Positions 17,856 to 23,331 of a DNA stretch of 23,331 nt are shown piece by piece; position 1 is the first letter of the stretch; the number at the start of each line of letters is the position of its first letter. Made by a program: the position numbers and the translations under genes. Below the pieces are notes generated by a model. The model had not been told where the DNA came from and searched no databases. It worked only from the letters and a program-made list of their open reading frames with translations. This DNA is from Thermodesulfobacteriota bacterium (lineage in GTDB: Bacteria > Desulfobacterota > Desulfobulbia > Desulfobulbales > SURF-16), in contig JBFMAY010000051.1 of NCBI GenBank assembly GCA_040755455.1, forward strand, positions 1 through 23,331. The letters are read 5' to 3'.

Positions 17856-18809
17856 TCAGGCTCTCTTCTCCTGCAGCCAGGACAGATACCGGGGCACCCC
17901 ATCCTCCACCGGCATGAATTCCGCCGTGTAACCGGCCTCGCGCAGTCTGCTGATATCCGCTTGGGTAAAGCTCTGGTAGCTGCCTTGCAGATGCTCCGGA
18001 AAGGGAATGTAGTCGATTTCCCCGCAGCCGTGATATGCGATGACCGCACGCGCCACCTGGTTAAAATTTTGGGCCAGGCCGGTGCCCACGTTGAAGATGC
18101 CTGACACGCCTGGATTATCAAGCAGCCACAATTTCACCGCCACGGTATCGTCAACATGGACGAAATCGCGCCGTTGTTCGCCATCGCCGTAGCCGTCCGA
18201 CCCCTGGAACAGCCTGAGCCTGCCGCCCGCAAGCAACTGGTTGTGGAAGTGGAAGGCCACGCTGGCCATGGCGCCCTTGTGCTGTTCGCGCGGACCGTAA
18301 ACGTTGAAATAGCGGAGCCCGGCCACCTGGCTGGTCAGTGAACCCCGGCAGCGGCGCACATACTGGTCGAACTGGAATTTGGAAAAGGCATACATATTAA
18401 TGGGGCATTCATAACGGCGTTCCTCCTTGAATACCCGGCCCATGCCATACACCGAGGCGGAGGAGGCATAGATGAACGGCACGGCACGGGCCTGGCACCA
18501 GTGCAGCAGTTCCTTGGAGTATTCGTAGTTGTTGGCCATGATGAACTCGCCGTCCCACTCGGTGGTGGCCGAACAGGCACCCTCATGCACTAGGGCTTCG
18601 ACCTGTGCCCCCGGCTGCCAGCCGGTCCGCAGCCGGGCGAGGAAGTCGTGCCGGTCCAGGTAGTCCGCGATGTCGCAGTCGGCCAGGTTCCTGAACTTTT
18701 GTCCATGCCTGAGATCATCCACCACCAGGATCTCGGTGATGCCGCGCCGGTTCAGGGCCTTGATCATGTTGCTGCCGATAAAGCCGGCGCCGCCGGTAAT
18801 AATGTACAT
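17856..18809 (-). CDS. hldD: ADP-L-glycero-D-manno-heptose 6-epimerase
   Basis: [63 protein letters not shown]. Confidence 0.95.
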   Translation of the reverse strand: MYIITGGAGFIGSNMIKALNRRGITEILVVDDLRHGQKFRNLADCDIADYLDRHDFLARLRTGWQPGAQVEALVHEGACSATTEWDGEFIMANNYEYSKELLHWCQARAVPFIYASSASVYGMGRVFKEERRYECPINMYAFSKFQFDQYVRRCRGSLTSQVAGLRYFNVYGPREQHKGAMASVAFHFHNQLLAGGRLRLFQGSDGYGDGEQRRDFVHVDDTVAVKLWLLDNPGVSGIFNVGTGLAQNFNQVARAVIAYHGCGEIDYIPFPEHLQGSYQSFTQADISRLREAGYTAEFMPVEDGVPRYLSWLQEKRA

Positions 18810-18928
18810 GAATTGTCCTTATTGCTTCGAAAAACCGCTGGAGAAGTCTGCCCCGCCGGTTATGCCGCTTGGTCCCTCAACAATCGAACAAGGGAATGGG
18901 CCGGGGCACGCCACCTTCACGCCACGCA

Positions 18929-19189
18929 TCAATCGTGATGATGGTGATGGTGATGGTGGTGATGATGGCTGGCATCAGGTCCGCCGATGCTGCTCAGGGC
19001 CTGCTCCAGGATGCCGTCAGTGGTCGCCATGCTGCCAATCGCCTGTTCGAGCAGCTCAGCCAGATCAGGATGCCCTTCCTTTCTGACCTGCGCGGCCCAC
19101 CCGCGGAACTCTTCACCGTGCTGGTGGTTGTGTTCCACCCTATGCGGCAGCAGCACCCGCAGTTTTTCGATGCTTGTTTTCTTTTCCAT
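18929..19189 (-). CDS. CooJ-like His-rich putative nickel-binding protein (86 aa)
   Basis: KLRVLLPHRVEHNHQH...WA resembles the CooJ H(W/F)xxHxxxH motif. Eleven consecutive His at the C-terminus. Lies downstream of the cooS-like gene. Confidence 0.8.
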   Translation of the reverse strand: MEKKTSIEKLRVLLPHRVEHNHQHGEEFRGWAAQVRKEGHPDLAELLEQAIGSMATTDGILEQALSSIGGPDASHHHHHHHHHHHD

Positions 19190-19322
19190 GAAATGAAATC
19201 CTTCTGTTTTCTTTTTGCCTGCTGCTTCCCGTCCTGAACAGGTCTTATCAACCCTGGTCGCAGACGGCAAAACAGTCAAAACAGCCTTTTTATCCAATCC
19301 GCCGCTTCCTCGCCTTCCCCTT

Positions 19323-19952
19323 TTACTGGTCAAGCACCGCCCGTTTTCCGTCCAGATGCGAAACAACAGCCGTGGCGAGCTTCCGGTGATCTTCCTCCAA
19401 CACCCAGTTGGCGCCATAATCAACCCTGCATTTATCCAAAAGGTATTCAATCATTGGCTTGGACCCTCTGACCGGCAGATTGGGGAAAAAAGTGGTAATG
19501 CCGCTTGCCACCATGCACTGCCCGGTGGCGACGATCTTCTCGCTGGTCCAGGCGGCCGAGGCCACGGCCAGGGGCAGATCCGAGAAGTCATTCCCCAACC
19601 CCTCTCCGATCAAAGACGAAGCGATGGCCAGCAGGCGGTTGCTTTCCGTGCATTGCCCCAGCGGCAAAACCGGATTGATCCCGAGTTCGCGGCAGGCGGC
19701 TGTCATTGACGAGCCAGCCTTGGCCCACACGTCGTCTCCCTGCATCATTCCAGCCAGGGCCAGGGATTCAGAGGCGCAGCCGCCGGCCATGACCAGAATA
19801 TCGTGTGCAAGCAGCGCCTCGGCCAAGCCGAGATGTACGTCGCCATGGACTCGATGATTGTCGCAACCGATCAGAAAAACGATACCGCGCACGGCACCTG
19901 TTTTTATCTGCCGGGCAAGCCCCCTTGCGTCAATGGATTCATGCCAGGGCAT
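19323..19952 (-). CDS. CooS (Ni-CODH)-like protein, C-terminal part
   Basis: GAVRGIVFLIGCDN, DILVMAGGC, PVLPLGQCTESNR, DLPLAVASAAWTSEKIVATG. Confidence 0.8.
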   Translation of the reverse strand: MPWHESIDARGLARQIKTGAVRGIVFLIGCDNHRVHGDVHLGLAEALLAHDILVMAGGCASESLALAGMMQGDDVWAKAGSSMTAACRELGINPVLPLGQCTESNRLLAIASSLIGEGLGNDFSDLPLAVASAAWTSEKIVATGQCMVASGITTFFPNLPVRGSKPMIEYLLDKCRVDYGANWVLEEDHRKLATAVVSHLDGKRAVLDQ

Positions 19953-21096
19953 GGCTGTTCTTCACGGCCTCGGCCGCCTCGTCCATCTCTTTCTTCGCCC
20001 TTTTGGCAAAGGCGGCAATGCACATCATAAGGATGGCCCTGGCGTTTTCCAGCCCCCCGGCGCCTGTCAGTTCGAAATGCTCCGCACCGGCCATCCTTAT
20101 GGAATTACCGATGGAAACGATACGTGTGTGAAATAACCGGGCAGCATTGCAGGTTGCAGGCATGACGCACGAACCACCGACCACCAGGACATCGACGGCG
20201 CCGCTCTTCACCAGGTTTTCCTGTTCGCCGATGGGGCCGGAGATCAGATTGATTCCTCGGGCCCGTGAATTTTCCAGAGAGGATTTGACGCCGGGGTCGT
20301 CAAGCCCGTTAAGCAACGCCTCCAAGGCCAGGGGACTCTGGCTGTAGACCAGAATGTTGATCTTGTCGTTTCGCAGGCACCCCTCCCTGGCGCTCGCCGG
20401 GGGCGGGGCTGGGAACATGATATCATTGAGCAGGCCGAACACTCTGGAAGCGCCCCAGCCGTCGGCCAGTGCGCAACGGCTGGTCTGGCGGAGAATATTA
20501 ACGTACTCCTGGTCAACTCCCATATGGGTCCGGTGCATAAGTTCCACCACTTCCCGGTCAAGCCCCCTGGGGACTACGCCCAATTCGCGCCAGATCCGGC
20601 GACGTTTTGCCGGGACAAACTTCAACAGCGTCAGCTCATCTTCCTGGTTGCCGAACTCGGCCAGCAGTCTTTCACCCACCGCCTGGGCCAGCTCATTTTT
20701 ATCCAGCCCCACGGGATCCAGTTCAAGAAGCCGGGCCAGTTCAACAAGCCGCGCCTGGTCATGAATCATGAAGGGCGACTCTCCCCGGACCGTTGCCATT
20801 AACGTCCGGACCATCTCTCTGGCCTCCTCCACCTGTCTGGAAACACCGGCGCCAACGATTCTGGCGAAATTTCTGGCCGCTACAGTGTCGGCAGTGGCCC
20901 CGCAGATCCCGATTAAATCCTGCACACCATCAATGATCTGGCATGGGCCCATGTTGCAGTTGCGGCAACAGGTCCCACCTGAACCGAACAAACACATGGA
21001 CATTTCACGGTCACTGATTCTGTCCATGGCATTACTAAATGCGGGTGGGGACTGCCCATGGGAGGAATTCCTTGTCTTATTCATTGAATTGTTCAT
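19939..21096 (-). CDS. CooS (Ni-CODH)-like protein, N-terminal part, divergent active site
   Basis: CLFGSGGTCCRNCNMGPC...GICGATADTVAARN, PRGLDREVVELMHRTHMGVD, ALADGWG. Start taken at ATG 21096 (AGGA RBS). May be one frameshifted gene together with 19323-19952. Confidence 0.85.
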   Translation of the reverse strand: MNNSMNKTRNSSHGQSPPAFSNAMDRISDREMSMCLFGSGGTCCRNCNMGPCQIIDGVQDLIGICGATADTVAARNFARIVGAGVSRQVEEAREMVRTLMATVRGESPFMIHDQARLVELARLLELDPVGLDKNELAQAVGERLLAEFGNQEDELTLLKFVPAKRRRIWRELGVVPRGLDREVVELMHRTHMGVDQEYVNILRQTSRCALADGWGASRVFGLLNDIMFPAPPPASAREGCLRNDKINILVYSQSPLALEALLNGLDDPGVKSSLENSRARGINLISGPIGEQENLVKSGAVDVLVVGGSCVMPATCNAARLFHTRIVSIGNSIRMAGAEHFELTGAGGLENARAILMMCIAAFAKRAKKEMDEAAEAVKNSHALA

Positions 21097-21119
21097 TCTT
21101 GATTCCTGTTGCATTCCCG

Positions 21120-21721
21120 TTAATGATACATGAACCAGGCGGGTTCCAGACCGGAACAGGTTTGACAGCATATTTGTCCTTCAATGTCCCAGGCATTCTG
21201 GACGAAAGACGACTTCCCGCAGCGACAGCACCGGATAGTACCGTTATTCTCCGCAGTTCGCGGAAAAGGGCGGCAACGTATCTGGCGGATCTTGCAGAAG
21301 CTGCCCACCGGGCGTTTGAGTATTGACTCGACCAGCAGGTCAAGCCCGGTTCGATATATTTCCACCACCGCAGGCTATCCATGGCAAGATGCGACTCCAG
21401 AGATCGCAGACCCTGCGACAGTTCAATATGCTTACGGATCAAGGTAAAATGAAGCGCCGTGCCGGTAACGGCGTGATAGAAGAGAAAATCCCATGGCCGC
21501 GGTGTTTCCGTCACGGTGACCTGACCGTAACAGCCATGTTCACGGGACAGATAGGACAGGGCAAAGACGGCATCACCTTCCGCGGCCGCTGCTATTCTCA
21601 CTTCCTGCAGGCCGTCGAAGAATTCATGCACATACTTGCCTATCTGCCAGCCGATGGCGAGATCAGGGCTCAGATGCCCCATGCTCTGGGTCAAACCGTA
21701 TAATTCAATTGGTACCAGCAT
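21120..21721 (-). pseudogene. FmdE-family protein with C-terminal zinc finger, interrupted by a 1-nt frameshift near 21370-21378
   Basis: N-terminal MGHLSPDLAIG (cf. HGHxCPGLxxG) in one frame. CCRC...CCQTC finger in the frame of ORF 21120-21368. Adding one base gives a 200-aa protein. GAGGAG RBS. Real or sequencing frameshift cannot be decided here. Confidence 0.7.
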
Positions 21722-21841
21722 AGCTTGTCTCCTCTATTCAACTTCAAGAATCCTGATATAGTATGTAATTTCAATGAGTTAAGTAACCATCTCGGATTAA
21801 CTTTAGGCACTTTTCTTGATCGTGCTGTGATGGAGATTCCT

Positions 21842-22750
21842 TTATAAAACGGTAGTTGGCAGAACCATCGTGGCTGTCCTATCGAGATCTTTTTCGCTAA
21901 CCATTTTTCTTCCACACAGGGCCGCCAAGGCGCGGGCCGCTGTTTGCAGTTTGCTTCTCAATTTCTGGGGATCGTCTTCATTCGAACCGGGAAAAGCCGC
22001 AAGCCGTTCTTGAATGTGCCCGGGAACCTGTACAGCGGGGAGCAACTTATTTGCCGCGGGTAGAAGCCCATAAGGATTTTCTCCTAACCATGACATCGGC
22101 GCAGAGAGGTCCTTCCTGTTTCCGCACCATGAATCCTCCGAGGGACTTTCCGCTCTGTTGGCATACAGGCCAAAACAGTCGAGCTCCTGGCGGGTCAAAC
22201 CATGGGCCTCGGAATCGACGGAAGCAACAAGAAGAAATGAGCTTGGCCATTCATCCCCTTCAACATGCACCAGTCGTTCGCGGAAAGCGGCGAAGATCTT
22301 TTCCCGGAGATCTGCTCCAAGACGATTGATTTGCGGCACATAAAGTACGCCTTGGTCAACTGCTGCAAGCAAGTTAGGACAAAAATCAGAGCAAACCCGC
22401 ACATGATCCGATTCTTCATGATCACCAGAGAGATTTTCTGCTCGGCAATCAGCCGGAATGGTTACCAGTGGGCGAGGCTTTATTAAAAAATGACGACCAC
22501 CAGCACGATGGCCGACGCCTCCCGGAAAACCATCCCGCCCTGGACGGCAGCACCTCTTTTCAATTAAAGGCGAGAGCAAGGCTGCCAGACATTTGACCGC
22601 AGCTTTATTTGCCGTATCTTCATGGCCGACAAGAAGGACTCCGCCGATTTTTGGATCAACGGCATATACCAGCAGGGCAAGGATTGCATTCTCGTCTGGC
22701 GAAAGACAATGTTCTGAGAGGATGCTTATTGGTTCAGTGTTACTTTTCAT
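21842..22750 (-). CDS. Magnesium/cobalt chelatase ChlI/BchI-like AAA+ homologue with degenerate ATPase motifs
   Basis: LALLVYAVDPKIGGVLLVG, PNLLAAVDQGVLYV, FLLVAS, AARALAALCGR..V...DL...VLP follow the ChlI layout end to end. Confidence 0.8.
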   Translation of the reverse strand: MKSNTEPISILSEHCLSPDENAILALLVYAVDPKIGGVLLVGHEDTANKAAVKCLAALLSPLIEKRCCRPGRDGFPGGVGHRAGGRHFLIKPRPLVTIPADCRAENLSGDHEESDHVRVCSDFCPNLLAAVDQGVLYVPQINRLGADLREKIFAAFRERLVHVEGDEWPSSFLLVASVDSEAHGLTRQELDCFGLYANRAESPSEDSWCGNRKDLSAPMSWLGENPYGLLPAANKLLPAVQVPGHIQERLAAFPGSNEDDPQKLRSKLQTAARALAALCGRKMVSEKDLDRTATMVLPTTVL

Positions 22751-22767
22751 AATTTATTCTGCTCGTG

Positions 22768-22794
22768 ATGTTACGATTATGCAAAAAGTAACAC
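22768..22794. promoter_or_regulatory. NikR-type operator palindrome upstream of the chlI-like/fmdE-like/cooS-like cluster
   Basis: ATGTTAC-gattatgcaaaaa-GTAACAC, 13/14 to the GTGTTAC-N13-GTAACAC signal predicted for deltaproteobacterial NikR. Lies 17 bp upstream of the start at 22750. Confidence 0.75.
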
Positions 22795-22925
22795 ATAATA
22801 AAAATTAAAAATTCTCGCAATATAAAAGTGTTGTTCGTAACTGGTTAGCCACCCCATTTAAAAAAAAGGCATAGAATTAGTCTCTTACAGTGCGGTCTGG
22901 CAAGGTCGCACTGCAAGGAGTACTA

Positions 22926-22954
22926 TTGACATGAATTTTTTTTTCATATTAAAT
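22926..22954 (+). promoter_or_regulatory. Promoter of the arsR-family gene with an overlapping palindromic operator
   Basis: TTGACA 22926-22931, 17-bp spacer, TTAAAT 22949-22954. ATGAA-N7-TTCAT inverted repeat at 22931-22947. Confidence 0.6.
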
Positions 22955-22987
22955 GTCTTTCATAAAATTACTGAGGAAGGATGAAAA

Positions 22988-23281
22988 ATGCTGACAGGAA
23001 GAAACGGTAAATCGTGCCCGGAATTATTAAAGGCCCTTGCGGATCAAACCAGGCTTGCGGTGCTCCTGCAACTTATGCATGGGCCGCAATATGTACAGGA
23101 ATTGAATGCAGCGCTGGGGGTGGAGCAAACCTTGTTTTCCCACCATTTAAAGATCTTACGTCGGATGGGGCTCGTGATCGCGGAGCGATCCGGCAAGGGG
23201 GTCGTCTATCAACTGGCGCCCGGCGTAGCCTCTGAAAAGGGCGATGCCATCAACCTGGGTTGTTGTGAACTGAAGTTTTAA
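22988..23281 (+). CDS. ArsR/SmtB-family metal(loid)-sensing repressor
   Basis: LKALADQTRL, SHHLKILR..GLV...R.GK.V.Y.L. One N-terminal Cys plus a C-terminal GCC pair. Confidence 0.92.
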   Translation: MLTGRNGKSCPELLKALADQTRLAVLLQLMHGPQYVQELNAALGVEQTLFSHHLKILRRMGLVIAERSGKGVVYQLAPGVASEKGDAINLGCCELKF

Positions 23282-23292
23282 CTGGAGATCAA

Positions 23293-23331
23293 ATGCAATA
23301 TACACATGAATTTTTCGGGGAATTGATCGGC
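23293..23331 (+). CDS. Partial CDS, probable MIP/aquaglyceroporin N-terminus
   Basis: GGAG RBS then MQYTHEFFGELIG, resembling the MIP helix-1 E.xGT motif. Only 13 codons are visible. Confidence 0.45.
   Translation, partial: MQYTHEFFGELIG

Noticed and set aside
18935..18967. Poly-His run as a cloning tag or microsatellite
   Set aside because: Mixed CAT/CAC codons, in frame with a CooJ-like domain, and no vector sequence nearby.
19190..19450. 87-aa N-terminal extension of the His-rich ORF
   Set aside because: Overlaps the cooS-like C-terminal ORF out of frame; ATG 19189 gives a CooJ-sized protein.
21077..21370. C-terminal half of the 214-aa ORF and the upstream extension of the 410-aa ORF
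   Set aside because: Post-frameshift read-through; the zinc-finger frame 21120-21368 is the plausible coding frame.
23304..23315. ACATGAATTTTT repeat of the arsR promoter sequence 22929-22940
   Set aside because: Lies inside the next coding sequence and lacks the TTCAT half; probably coincidental.

Overview
GC-rich bacterial DNA; gene content and regulatory motifs suggest an anaerobic Desulfobacterota-type host (inference). Four blocks. (1) 114-5064 (-): a gene run typical of the establishment/leading region of a conjugative element: Rad52/Sak-like annealase, Cas4-like Fe-S nuclease, SSB, three hypotheticals and a DUF6094-type N6-adenine methyltransferase, with a hairpin just upstream of four of the RBSs. 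(2) 5611-8649 (-): class III ribonucleotide reductase nrdDG under a cobalamin riboswitch and tandem NrdR boxes. (3) 8705-17827 (+): exbB-exbD-tonB, a TonB-dependent receptor and a five-gene Nik/Opp-family ABC importer behind NikR-type GTGTTAC half-sites, so probably nickel uptake. (4) 17856-22794 (-): hldD, preceded by a cluster behind a near-perfect NikR-type palindrome that encodes a ChlI-like AAA+ protein lacking all ATPase motifs, a frameshifted FmdE-like protein lacking most N-terminal metal ligands, a split CooS (Ni-CODH) homologue lacking the catalytic His and the two pendant-Fe ligands, and a His11-tailed CooJ-like protein. This 'pseudo-enzyme' nickel cluster is the most unusual thing in the window. 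The window ends with an ArsR/SmtB repressor and the first 13 codons of a probable MIP channel. All family calls come from motif recognition by eye; no searches were run.
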